A DNA stretch of 64,000 nt from Eledone cirrhosa. Lineage: Eukaryota. The notes under the pieces were generated by a model. The model was given only the letters and a program-made list of their open reading frames with translations, was not told the origin of the DNA and searched no databases. The translations under genes and the position numbers were made by a program. The DNA lies in NCBI GenBank assembly GCA_964016885.1, contig OZ024740.1, positions 131,812,001 to 131,876,000 on the forward strand, read 5' to 3'. Below, one piece after another: positions 1 to 13,974 of this stretch. Position 1 is the first letter of the stretch. Each line of letters opens with the position of its first letter.

Positions 1-99
1 GTTAATTGGTATGCAACTTCTTATTGCCTCGTCTAATTTACACTCCGTTCTTTTTTTTCTTCTACCTATTTATTTACAAAAATGTTGACACTCCCCTAA

Positions 100-201
<102 letters not shown>

Positions 202-499
202 CAGCACCACACCACCTGTTGTTGACGAACACCCTGTAAACTTACACTTAACTAGATAAGTGACGCGGTATCTGAAGGCTTTCGCACCAGGAATGAAGTG
301 TTACCAGTAACAGAAGTTACCAGTAACCAGGTCCTAACATATGAGTTCTATCTTTGTCAAGCATACAGATCACACATTTGCTATCTGAATATGTGAATGT
401 TTGAAATGTGGAAAATGATAAAAACAATATCAATAGACCTTATAAAAAAAAACCCTTTCCATATAATATCTTGATGATTCCATGTTCTTGATGTAGGTC

Positions 500-1020
500 A
501 ACATTGGCGCATTTTATGAAATCCAGTCGAAACTGTCAGCCTGTCGGATTTGGCTGATCAGTTTCTTGAGTATTTTGCGCATATCAGCTACTGATACCCA
601 ATCCTAGCCAGCGTCTAAGATGCCGTTCCAGTTCCTCGTTAACAGTTAAGGGCGGGACGCACCTAGGAAGACTTCCAGGCCCTTCAAGATATGCGGCCGG
701 CCGCCCGCAGTTGAGGCGTACATGGGCACATTTCTAAAGGCATCACCTTTGATATTGCTCAAGACCGTATCATTAACTTAAGGTCCGGGTCGAGGAATAT
801 TGCCCGAACCTTAAGATCCTGGCTTTTCTTAAACAACACTGTACCCACTTCCCATTTTCATGACTAAGAGATGTGAAAAGCTAATAGTAATCGAAATTTG
901 GGGCAAGAGCGCGCGTGTTTGGTATCCTAGTCTCGCTGATGGTAGTTACCTCCATATCTAATGAACTGAGGTCATCAGCAAACAACCATGCTTCCAGGAT
1001 GACCCATGGTCACGGATATA
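500..1020 (-). mobile_element. Degenerate L1/Tx1-like LINE, AP-endonuclease region of ORF2 (element may extend to about 2100)
   Basis: Manual minus-strand translation gives APE-like segments TTISETRIP, VLFKKSQDLKVRAIFLDPD, MYAST, GLEVFLGASRPL and NWNGILDA, broken by stops and frameshifts. Confidence 0.6.
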
Positions 1021-2220
1021 TAGACAACTTGCTCTTATATTCAGCATATTGACTGGTTGATCAAAATAGAAAACAAAATAGTGGATGGCTAATTATCCCC
1101 CGTTATCTGTTGGAAATAGCGTGGTTCGATCTCGATATTTGGTGGGTATTCATTCATAAATCTTTTCAAAAGCCTGCTTGTGGCTTTTACATTCGGGGTT
1201 GCCAAGTTTTGCAGGACACTTTCCCTATCGATTTAGTATGATGGAGGTGCCATTCACACCATCATCAGTGACTGTGGCACTAATGATAATGGCAATAATC
1301 ACCCCGCCTCTCTCAATTTCCTCAATTTGTGCTATAAGGGCCATCATTTCTTGGTTATTACAAGGTTTGGTGTTTGTGTTCTTCTTTGTTCAGATTATGT
1401 GAGTTTTGGTTCCGGTGGTTTTCTAGTGGGGGTGATGTTGTACCTGTGATTGAATCTGTGTTTGTTGTGTTTATGGTGCCTCCGTTTTCTGATATTAGTG
1501 TGTGGTGTTTCTTTTTTTTTGCTGTGTCTGCGCTTCTATTTTAGGTCGTTGTGGTAGTCCCTAGTCTTCATTACCTGAAAACCAGTTTCTGAGTCTGATA
1601 CGGGTGAATGTGTGTCTGATTTTGTTTGGGCTTTATGTGTCTATTTGTTTCGCGAGTTTTGATTGAGTAGGTGAACTTTCCTCGACTTCTACTTGGGCTG
1701 ATTCTGTATCTGGTTGTGGTTCTTGCTGATGATGGTGTTGCTTTTTTCTACAGTTGCTGCTGCCAGTGCTGGTGTCGTTGCTTGTGTGGTAATTTGTACA
1801 AGCACTGATTTCGGCAGTAACAGATATTTGCAGCATCCTGGCATCCATCGCTCCCATTATTTCTGTCTGTGGTAACCTTTAAATTGACGCAGGTATTTTT
1901 TCTCTGGTAATGATTTTCTTTGCCTAGGCCAAACATTCTTATTTTCAGTGAGATCAAATATGTATACATTTTGAACGTATGGATGCAAAATTATTCTTGT
2001 TCTTCACATTGTTGTTGCCGCTATTAGAGTTGTCCTTGTACACGATGTCGTTCTTGGTGTTGTCATTTTTGGAGTTTTTGTTGTTGTTGCTTCCGTCATT
2101 TTTTATTCGTTTTCGGAAGTGCTGTCAGTCACCGCTGTAGAATTTCAAATTTAATGTTCATATATTTAATCCCAAAATCTTCAGGACAAAGTAAGCATGG
2201 ATGGCGTATCGATCAGAGAC

Positions 2221-2257
<37 letters not shown>

Positions 2258-2288
2258 AGTAATAATAATAATAATAATCATAATTATA

Positions 2289-2476
2289 ATTGAAATTGAA
2301 AAACCATGGTACCTCAGGAGCGTTACAATGCCAGTGATTGTAGGAGCACTAAGAATGATCAAGAAAAGAAAAGTACAGTATTTGAGAATGATGCCTGATT
2401 TACCCTGCAAGAGGTGCAACAAATTGATTTAACTAGCACTGCACCCCACGTATTAAGAAGAACAATATATCTGTAA
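2289..2476 (+). mobile_element. 5'-truncated R4/Dong-like (restriction-like endonuclease) LINE, C-terminus
   Basis: IEIEKPWYLRSVTMPVIVGALRMIKK and, after a frameshift, EVQQIDLTSTAPHVLRRTIYL* resemble the RLE C-terminus (PVVIGALG...TAHILRK); begins directly after an (AAC)n(AAT)n tract. Confidence 0.7.
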
Positions 2477-2494
2477 GAATGATATCACTCCACG

Positions 2495-2645
2495 TATGTA
2501 TGTGTGGATGTGTGTGTACGTGTGTGTGTGTCTCAGCGTGCATGGATATTATGTATTTCTATGTATATATATATATATATATATATGTGTATATGTATGT
2601 GTATATATGTGTATGTTATGTGTATGTATGTGTATATGTGTGTAC

Positions 2646-2744
<99 letters not shown>

Positions 2745-2880
2745 TTTGTGTGTCTGTTTGTGTGTGTATGTGTGCATGTGCGTGCATATGTGCGAATGTA
2801 CATGTGCGTGCATGTGTATATGTGTGTATGTAGGTGTATGTTTATGTATATATCCATGTATGTGTGCGTATATATGTATA
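2495..2880. repeat. Compound (TG)n/(TA)n microsatellite
   Basis: Directly visible. Confidence 0.95.
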
Positions 2881-2983
2881 TTGTACTCAATGTATAAAGT
2901 GATTTATTTTGCCTAGGTGTCAGGAAGGTACTCGGCATTTGAATGCAACAATACTGAAGGAAAATGTAAAACAATAACAATAA

Positions 2984-3160
2984 TTGTTTCTACTTTTGGT
3001 ACAAGGCCAGCAATAAACCCAGTGCATTACTGGTGCTTTATTTTATCGACGCTGTAAGGATGAAATTCAAAATTAACCTCGGCAGCATTTCAATTCAGAA
3101 CGTAAATGATCATAATTCTACGCTGCAAATCATGAGGTGTGAAGCTCTACCGATACTGCA
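2984..3160 (-). mobile_element. tRNA-derived SINE copy (diverged)
   Basis: Reverse complement of the family at 9300-9483 (tgtttctacttttgg..caaggcc..ttttatcgac..aaggatgaa..cctcggc). Confidence 0.85.
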
Positions 3161-4335
3161 ATAATGATAATGATTATGATAATCATAGAAATAAAATATT
3201 GCATATGTAAATATCATATAGTTAAAATCTTACCCCCTATGGGGTTCTGGATCATATGCATTAATTTGTGTAAAGATAAGTAAATTACGTAGAGTTGTTA
3301 AATACTAGTATATACAACAATATTTAGTTAAAAATTGGTATATATCTATAGATATGAGAGTAAAATTAAATCCGTACCGATTATTGAGTCAAACGTGTTT
3401 CGAATAAGCTGATTATATATGGAATATAACATCTTGATATACTATGGGATAAACATGAAAAATATGTTGTGAATTAAAGGTATATATTATAATGCTATAA
3501 TGGGTAGTGTGCGTACTCCCCATTGTAGTTATGGTATAAATGAACTATGAGGAAGAATAGGATATAAATAAGTTACGGGTATGGATAATTTGATATCAAA
3601 TTAATAGATAATCAGAAGTATAAAAAATAGGTAGTAAAAATTAATTAATGTTTTATAAACTTAATACATATTTCAAGAAATTAAGTCACAACTGTTGGTA
3701 TGGAGAAATATGGAGATATGTTAAGTGAGACATTTATAAATCTCATATGAAATGTAATGTAAGCAGTAAGCTATAGATTAAGATGTACACAAATTTTAAC
3801 TTGAAATACATATGAAATAAATTTGAGTGAAATGCAATGTAAGGTATAAAATGTAACATCCATTATTAGTACATGATATATAATACACAACATTTTAAAA
3901 TACTGTACTTGATATATATCATATTGTATTATGCAGGTGTCTCAAACAATATAAAGAGTCCGAAAAATATTTCGTTGGTCCACAAAGTCTGATTAAGTTC
4001 ATGTTTTAAAGTAGGATCAGTTTCGACAATGTGCCTTGGCCTGAGGCTGTGGTTCCTTTGATAACAGGGTAAAAGCCTCGGTTCTACATTAAATCACTAT
4101 AACAGGAGCTGAATGTAATCTGATTACTGAAACATGGTATACAAATAAATATTGTGATTTTGCATATATATATATGGTTGGGTTTTGCCTACCGCAATGT
4201 TCAATTTGTCAAGCTTTTTAAAAGTATGTTATTACTCTAAGGACCTACCCTGATTAAGTGCTTTGCTAACTCATCCTATTGTAGGTCGACTTTGCTTGGC
4301 CACAGCCAAAGCTTCGATTTTACTAAGCTTCCACT

Positions 4336-4398
<63 letters not shown>

Positions 4399-4410
4399 AT
4401 ATATATAAGT

Positions 4411-5348
<938 letters not shown>

Positions 5349-8300
5349 ATATGAGAAAGTCTACACAAGATTAAATATATATAGTCATTTAAGCACAAAT
5401 ACCTCCTTCAGAAAAGAACTATTCATTAATTGAAAAAGATTGATAATTAGATCAAATGACATGTTATTGCTATATTTGCGAAATGATTGTTTAATTCTCA
5501 AAACACCACTAGATACGAAATTGAATTTGGATAGACGATTTTATCGTTTCAATTCACAGTCTAAATAAAAGATATTACAGATGTTAAAATGTTGATGACA
5601 GTAAACGAACCAGAAAAATAAACTACACCGTATGTTTGGTTCCAATAAACTGAAAATCATATGCGACATTACCATATGAAGATTCCCGGAGTGTGTAATT
5701 TATTTGCGTTAAAGACATACAGATAGCGGTAATATTTTAATTCCATAATAAGTTGTTGTCTTTTCTTCTTTTCTCCTTTACATAGAACTTTCATCATGGT
5801 CGACGTTATATATTCCAAGAATTATATTACTTCATCTTAATTTAAATGCGGGTCAGAGTTTATTTAATTAAATAGACATCAATCAGTGACTTTGATTTAA
5901 CTTTAGAATATTTCTAAGAATTGCAAATTAAATCCTCTTGATTTTGATTTAAAATCAATATACATTTATTCCAGTAGTAGTGTCATTGTTTTAAATTTTA
6001 CATTCTCCTTGTAATATTTATAATGTAATTTCCAACGACTGTACTCTATAAATTTTCGATGCAAAACCAATAAAATGCACTTTGGAAAGAAAAAGAAGGA
6101 AAAACAATATCAAATATGCATTAACATATATCGATATTAGATTATATGTGTAAATCAAGAAAAATAACTTAAAATCAGGCCAGCAAGTCTTACATTTTTT
6201 CGGAAGAAAATATTACAATAAATACACATTTTTCTTGATGATTTAAAGGTAATATATATACGATACAAAGCAGTAAATTGTATTTACATAATTATATATA
6301 TTAGAAGAAGCACCACTTTCAGAATCGTTTCACCTTAGCCATGCATATATATAGAGCTGTACTGTTGAATATATCACTTCCTAATTCATGATGGTTGGGC
6401 ACGATTTTAGAGGAATTTTGCTGGTATAGGTCGGGCGAAGCTTTAGAGAACACGCTTGAAGTCACAATAGTTCTTTTTGTTTAGCGTCAGATTAGATAGC
6501 CAGCTTAAACATACATACGTTAAAAGTGAGAGCAATTGTGGTCATATATTTTTTTCATTACAGGAACTGTATTTTCACATATACACTTATCCTTGAAATA
6601 TAAAGAAAATGTGGGTGCTATTCCAACAGATTAGTCCCTTCTATAGAGGCTTCCCTGTTGTAAGACGAAGCAATCCGATATATACAGTGAGATCCCTCTT
6701 TCTCTGTGATATTTGGCCTATATAAGCCTATATAATCTTTTCCAAATCGAACGAATTCCTATGTGTGAACGGTGTATGTTTTGTTAATACATCATATTAC
6801 TACACTATTTAGATAAAATATGTATTTGTATTTGTTAAGAGTTTAACCTCTTGTCTTAGGGGTATATTTTCTATATTCTAAGCACACCAATGTACCACTA
6901 ATAGGCTGCGCTACAAATCAGCTATTAACATTTTAATTATTTTCCCGACACCAAATTGACTTTTTACATGGTAGGGTGGGTTGCATCAAGGAACTTTGGA
7001 AGCCATCCAAATTCAGATGACATTGAGTAGATTAATGGTGAGATTAATCACAACTGGGAAGTTATGTCTATAGGACTATCTTGGAAGGCCTGACGTTCAT
7101 GAAGATAATTGTAATGATAACTATGATATTGCCTTTCTAGTGAGAAGGTCTTTGTGATTATTATCCATAGCTACATATTTCTATCTGTCCAGAGTTAATC
7201 ATTCAGTCTTTTCACCATTGAATTGAAAGAGGTACTTTGGGTTGTAATGTGAGTGTGTAATAGAGAACAAGGTTTACCAGGAAACTGAAAACATCCTTTG
7301 GATCTAATAAAGTATACACATTTGTGTAGCGACAGCATCGAATACGATATTAGACCAGTATGTTGTAATGTATATCAATTGAAATTGTACGACATTAAAA
7401 GCCGATCAGAGCAAACAAAAGCTCCATTTTTAACTTGGAAGGCTACATTCAGGACAGCGTTATTAAAAAGCTGCGTATGAACCCATACACAATATATTTA
7501 TAAATAACAAACATAACACTGTGAGAGTTTCAATCTACAGTCATAAAAACGACAATATTGCCTTATTATTGAATATGGTTTAAATGTCTTTGTTCCAGAA
7601 GGAAGATTAGACTTGACACGCTGTATTTTTATTGCTGTTTGATGACATTTGTGTGTTATGGGTTAAGGAAACTAACTAAACATGTATTTTACGCAAAGAA
7701 AGAATGTCAGGGATATGGTTAAAATTGTAGCAAAGAAATAATGAGAACAGTGGAAATAGATATTCCATGTCTGCTCACTGTAATCGTGTGAGGTTACTAG
7801 AATGTGTCAGGTTACTAAAATGTTATAAAGCCAATTGGTTTTATAACATTTACTGAACATTACTGTCACACAAATATTGCAACACATCTGATAAAAATTA
7901 TGAAGTTCTCATCACAAATGATTTACATAGGAATGTCAGATAATGGACTATAGATTTCTGGTGCACCTGAAGCAAAATGACTCGCAGCAATTCCGATGGC
8001 AACACAGGCTATAATGCATAAAGATGGACTTTTCTTTTCAAATACTTTTCATGTAGGATTTGATGTTTCTAACGTCCACCTAGAAGAGATGGGTTCCATA
8101 ATTTGGGTTCTGTAGGCCCTATTATAAAATGCACAGCTTCATTGCAACTCCGTATTAACCAAATAAGTTCATGGCATTATCATCCTCGTTCGCACGAAGA
8201 CTGTGAATTATGTACCGTCAAATATTTAGCTGTTCTGTTAGGATAAAGATGAACGATATTTGTTACATGGATATATATATATATATATAGTGAAGATTTG

Positions 8301-9299
8301 CATCAATTATAGTATGTTAAATGACATTAATCTGCATCGGTCTTCTTCAAATTTGAGGATAATAGTCACCAGGGGAAACCACCGGGAAATGTGTTTTTAT
8401 ATTCCCAAATTTAAGATAGTAGAAAATAATACTTAGTAAGCCGAGCAAAAACGTCGAATTTTACAAGTATATTCTGTGGAATCATTGTTTCCAGTTACAA
8501 TCTACAGAACTAGCTAATATTGTAAGTGTTCCGGCGTAGCATCGACGTTACTTAATAAATGCAGTTCAACACTTTTAAGAAAACAATTCAATATACAATT
8601 TCCCTATTCAAAATTTTAAATAAAAATCCAATATTAAGAAGCAAATTATTTAGATAACAAACAAAAACAGCATAAACAACAACATAATATCTACAACAAC
8701 AAATTGAGTTGCAGTAAGACCACCAAGAGCGACATCCCAATTTCACGAGTTGGTTTCTACATCGTGTTCCTACATCTGCATGTCAACACCTGTACTAAAA
8801 TGTTTCATATTTATGGAGAAAATAGTTTTGCTGGAATCCCCTCATATAAATTGTATCGTGTATCCATTTCACATAAGAGCCGAAATACAAGAAGTCACGA
8901 ATATATTTAGGGCATTCACAATTTGGTGCTATTTGTAAACTATACCTACGAAAGGCAAAAGAAAAAAAAAAAAATTCATCACCGGTCGATTGTAATCAGG
9001 TCGAATTTGGTTTGTACATGTTCATGTGTACATGCAGGGGATCTTTCAACCATTTATATGATCCTAAGTAAAAATGAAATTAACCATGAATTTAAACTGA
9101 TGGTGTAGAAATAATTTTTCATAGGTGATTTGTTCTCATTTTTCGCATAGATACGACATATTAGATATACTGATGAGGCGAGATGTCGATATATATTTTG
9201 GTAATTCAACAGGATAAGGATCTAACAATAAGGTTCTAATGCAATTCTTAATGTATTATTGTTTCAGTGATGTTGTTTCTTAATGTATTATTGTTTCAG

Positions 9300-9483
9300 G
9301 GTGGTGGATTGGCAGTATCGGTAGAGGGTCGGACGCCATGCTTTCCAGCATAGTTACGTCCCTTTACGATCTGAGTTCAAATCCCGCCGAGGTTGACTTT
9401 GCCTTTCATCCTTACGGGGTCGATAAAATAAAGTACCAGTAATGCACTGGGTAATTGCTGGCCTTGTGCCAAAAGTAGAAACA
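9300..9483 (+). mobile_element. tRNA-derived SINE, full length, with 13-bp target-site duplication
   Basis: A-box-like tggcagtatcgg, B-box-like gagttcaaatccc, central gactttgcctttcatccttacggggtcgataaaataaagtaccag; attattgtttcag duplicated at 9287-9299 and 9484-9496. Confidence 0.92.
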
Positions 9484-10959
9484 ATTATTGTTTCAGTGAT
9501 GGTTTTGTTGGCGTTGAGTAAGCACGCTGATTGTCATCAAGTTCCATTCGTTGTTATAAAGTTAATTATCCTATCCTTTGTTTTTTTATGGCGTGAATGG
9601 ATTCCATAAACGAAATAACCCAAAAGATCGTTAAAATAAAATTGATTGATTGATTTTGCTTTTAATCTCTCACAGCAAATAAGAAAATGGAAACCTGAAA
9701 GGCCATTTGGCTGATTGAGAAAAGGCCTGATGGGAGGTTACCTCAGACTTGACGCCCTTTCAGACAATAACTAGTATTCTGGTCTTTCTACCACCACGCC
9801 AAACTCGAAGAGAACATTTTAGTTCCTATAAAAACCCTAGCCAAAGAATCCAAGATGCGTTGGGAACAGAAAATAACCCTACCAAAACGGAAAAGGAAAA
9901 GTTAAGGATGACTGACAAATCAATATACAAACGTGAGATTTGGAAAGGTGATCTCAAGAAAGCTGTTGACATTGCAAGGCAGGACGTTCTCCAACAAAAA
10001 GATGCCACATCTGAAGAGGAAGCTTTACTTGAGACACAACAAGAAAAATGGATGTCTTCATTTCTGGCTGGGGCTGATATAGAACATGCGAGAGCAATTA
10101 GGAAGAATTAAAAAAGATTTATGATATGAAAGTAATAAAAAGGAAGCGTTTCTCTCTTTAACGCCTATATCAGTGTGAATTTAGAAAGTATTCCCCCTTT
10201 TTAATTTCATTTCATTCAGTTCAGAAAGGACAATATTCCACAGAACAAGTCCAAAACGTCGCCATAAATAAAGATATGTGAAAGTGTGCAACACTTAATT
10301 ACTATTTAATTGACCCGTAATTCGGCATACTTCATTATTTCAGCAACAAGAACACGGTCGTAATCAACATAAGATAATTGGATAATAGTTTGCAAAAAGG
10401 AACACGCTAACTTGCATAAGGGTTTCTGCAGTCGGGTCAGTATTTTCATCGTTTTTATCACAAAAAAAAAGCGTTGGCACTATCTAACACGAACACATCC
10501 TTATCATATTTCTGATTAGTGGTATGAAACTCTCAGTAGGACTTCAGAGAAGAATTCCCCCTCAAGCGAGCGTTGCAGCCCTTCACATCTTATACACTAT
10601 GGGGCCAGAACTCAGCAACGTCATGTATCATGGGTGCCTTTCTGCTGACATTGAGCCATTTGAATACCGGAGACCTGTTGTGTATGTAAAATGTATAAAG
10701 ACTATGTTGGCACAATCTAGCTGGAACACCTATCCGTTTGCCTTACATTTGAAAGTTATGTTTAAACGCTTTCTTGAGTTTGGAAAAAAAACGTTTGTAG
10801 TCATGATAGCGGTGAGATATCAACGGTATCACTAACACAATTACTACAATATTGATTCCCTCAGAGTCACTTTATTGCCATGCGTTATAATACAACTACG
10901 ATGCTTCTCAAATGATCTCTTGCTGATGTTTGTATTTATGAGTTTTGTCTCTTAATTTG

Positions 10960-11580
10960 TCTTACTTCATAGGCATCTTAACAGATTGAATAAATAATAT
11001 CTCTGAATCTAGAAGATTTGTGTCCAAGGTGCTCTTTCCTTTGAGCACATTGAATTTCAGGACTATTTTCCCGTCCACCATCAAAAATCTCTCTTTGGCA
11101 TTTGCATATGGTAAGGTAAGCTTAGGTGGCTTGGTGTCATGAGCCTGCACACATTATTAGTCTGAATTAACAGCATGGATATCACTGCGCATTGACTCCT
11201 AGCCTTGGTTTTCCGACGTCTTCTATTCTAGAGCAATGCTTTTTTTCGTAAGGTGGATCTTTATGCTGCTTACAGATAATATTATTCCTCCACAGATACA
11301 TGGGAATTCCAGTTGTCCTGTACTCGTAGCACATTGTGAATTTCTAGTTGTTACCATAGTACCAATGGATTCATGTTTCTCTCCCCGAAAGGGGAACAAA
11401 TGGATTATCTTACAGTGTTTGAACTTGTAGCAATATAATAAAAGCAAAGCGCGGAGCTAACCCCAGAGCATGTTGATCTGGTCCTTCCTAGTCAACCGTC
11501 CTACTCATGTAAGGCAATGGTATATCCATGTGTTAGTAATAAGAAATTCTCAGAAGAGCTGGGCAGCATCTGAAGATATA
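10960..11580 (-). mobile_element. Probable 5' region of a degenerate HERO/R2-like LINE
   Basis: Minus-strand pieces EFPCICGGIILSVSSIKIHLTKK (zinc-finger-like CxCG...KIH) followed by KPPKLTLPYANAKE...D; this order resembles HERO-type N-termini from memory, not from an alignment. Confidence 0.45.
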
Positions 11581-11633
11581 TATACGTTCAAAGATCTATC
11601 ACTCTTTAAGATTTATATAGCTTTATTGTATAA

Positions 11634-12129
11634 CTAGACGAATTACCCGCGCCTTGCTGAGTTTCACACATGTTTTTGTAAGAAAATGATGATTGATTTT
11701 AAATCAGTGATATAATTTATGGAGAAAAACTCTGCATTTAAATATTACTCAATGTAAAATATAATGCATGGAAAATTGGAAAACATTATTTTTTGTAATA
11801 TATCAAATCAAAATTATATTATTAAATCTTATTCTTATTTCGTTTCTTGTAAATATTTGTTTTCAAAATATCAATTAAAATATCTTGTGAATATGCATTA
11901 TATCTTGTCATTTACCTATGGTTTATATTTTATATAAAGCGAAGGGAAAAAAATGTTCAGCTGGATTTGTGCCCCTGTGAACCATTTGATTAAAATGAAA
12001 TATACTTATCCAAGTACTCAGGGCAATTTAGTTTCAGAATATATATGGTTATGGCGGTCTATCTCCAAAGCCATATGAGGAGTTCGTGAACAAACAAGCA
12101 GACAGGAACTACAATTTTATATATATAGA
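11634..12129 (-). mobile_element. Non-autonomous Helitron-like element
   Basis: Minus strand starts A|TC(tatatatataaaattg) and ends with a degenerate GC-rich hairpin (gcaaggcgcgggt) followed by CTAG|T; no target-site duplication. Confidence 0.7.
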
Positions 12130-12932
12130 TAAACAAGTGTATTTATAGATCTTCAATCTTCTGTGTTACAATCTTCAGATAATTGATATTGGCTTTGTGT
12201 TGGCCAGGCTAACACAAGTGTTTTATTTTCTTTTAGTTTTTGTGCATCATTCAACCCTTAAAATTCCAAATCTCTTAGCGCTATGTCAAAGGGAAAAATC
12301 GATAAACCCTCTCACTTTATATACATCATATCAACATAAACTGAATTGCTAATTGCCAAAATAATATTGACGGAAATCGCTGATTGGCTCACAAAAATAT
12401 CACGAAATATATATAATTGCAATTCTAGTATTTGTTTTGTAATTATATATAACATTATATATATATATGTATATATATGGGATAAATAGCTGCGATATTA
12501 TAGCCCGGTCTTAAACCCAACGGCTTTTTTTAACTTCATCTCCATTATCTCGGTCACTTGGTTACATGTACCATTGGCCTTGTTCCCCCTTCTATCCGTA
12601 GGTTTCTTTTTTCTTTTTCAACTTTTTTTTTCCTTTTTTTTCCTTTATTTATCTTCTCTCTTTTATTTGCATATTCCAATTGTTTGAATATCGATCAGCT
12701 CTAATATTCACTTGTGCCTTTGCTCGCATTGATGGCGGGATGTCGTAAATATGTCGGGGATCAATAAAGTTTGGACCTATGGTGCAACAATGACCTCGGC
12801 CCTTTTAAAACAATGTTAACTCTGCACATTACAGGAACAACATTGTAATACAGCCTAAATGAGACGGACATCTTAAATGCGTTGAATACTTCGAAACATT
12901 CCCCTCGTGTAACTGTTTTTTACAAACTTAAT

Positions 12933-12976
<44 letters not shown>

Positions 12977-13061
12977 ACACACATATATATATATATAGAC
13001 ATATATATATTTATATATATATATATATAACATTTATTTTAAAACTTATTTTAAAATTTAT

Positions 13062-13574
13062 TTTAAAACTTTTTCTTATTTGCTAAACATTGACTATATA
13101 TGTTCTGGCCCGTTAATGTATTAACCTGCCATAGAACCACATTGGCATACGGTTGGATAACACATGTGTCCCTATATGCATTTTGCATGTAGGGAAACAT
13201 ACTTAATTATTATTATCTTCCCTGGTCGAGATAACATTCTGGTCGTTATAACTGCTACTATTTCTAGTGGCAGTACATTGACCTTTCCGCCCCTGCCTTC
13301 TATCTTTACACACGGCACCAGACACAATTGTTTCTTCGTCATACACTCTAATCGGGGAACAGTTCTGTATGGCACCAGTTCGTAATTCTAACACGGGAAT
13401 TTTATATTGTCCGAGTGAGAAGAACCCTCTGACGAAAGTCTTCTTCTCAATGAATTTCCGCATGGATTATCCATTTATTTTGAGACTTACAGCCGCGAGG
13501 TAATGGTAATTATAGCAGGCACAGTGAACTTTTTAAAATGTACTTTAAAACTTTTTCCTATTTGCTAAACCTTG

Positions 13575-13582
<8 letters not shown>
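13062..13582 (+). mobile_element. TA-flanked cassette bounded by ~39-bp direct repeats, containing a decayed HHR (PLE pseudo-LTR-like)
   Basis: tttaaaactttttc(t/c)tatttgctaaac(a/c)ttga(c/t)tata at 13062-13100 and 13544-13582; internal CTGACGA-aagtc...gactt-ac..gagg at 13425-13500 lacks the GAA of GAAAC. Confidence 0.5.
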
Positions 13583-13649
<67 letters not shown>

Positions 13650-13736
13650 TGGTGTGTGTGTGTGTGTGCGCGCGCGCGTATGTGTATGTGTGGGTGCGTG
13701 TGCGTGTGTGTATCAGTGTGTGTGTGTGTGTGTGTG

Positions 13737-13950
13737 TAAAAGGTAAACAGAAATAACAACACAGTCGGTAGAGTATATGGAAAGGATGTATTAGGATAAT
13801 ATTTCGGACGCTAGACCTTCATCGGATAAAGAATGAAAAATAAGATAGCTTGAGTGTACGGTCGGGTTTGAATTAGAAGAAATGTCTGTAGATAAAAATA
13901 ACAGGTCCATTCATGTTGACAGCTCTTGCAAAAATGTTGGTGCTGGCGTT
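13737..13950 (-). mobile_element. PLE pseudo-LTR-like cassette with HHR remnant (copy 1)
   Basis: Homologous to 47526-47740; minus strand reads cCGATGA-aggtctagcgtcc-GAAA-tatta. Confidence 0.65.
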
Positions 13951-13974
13951 TTGTGTATAATTTATTTTTTAGAA

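Noticed and set aside
2479-2980. Many [12 protein letters not shown] and SLSL ORFs here and throughout the window
   Set aside because: Translations of dinucleotide microsatellites, not genes.
7818-7851. Short palindrome aatgttataaagccaattggttttataacatt
   Set aside because: Short and AT-rich with no supporting context.
9165-9200. CTGATGA-ggc..gtc-GATA hammerhead-like motif
   Set aside because: GAAA is mutated and there is no convincing stem I.
9300-9400. tRNA gene suggested by A and B boxes
   Set aside because: No cloverleaf; it is the head of a multi-copy SINE with a target-site duplication.
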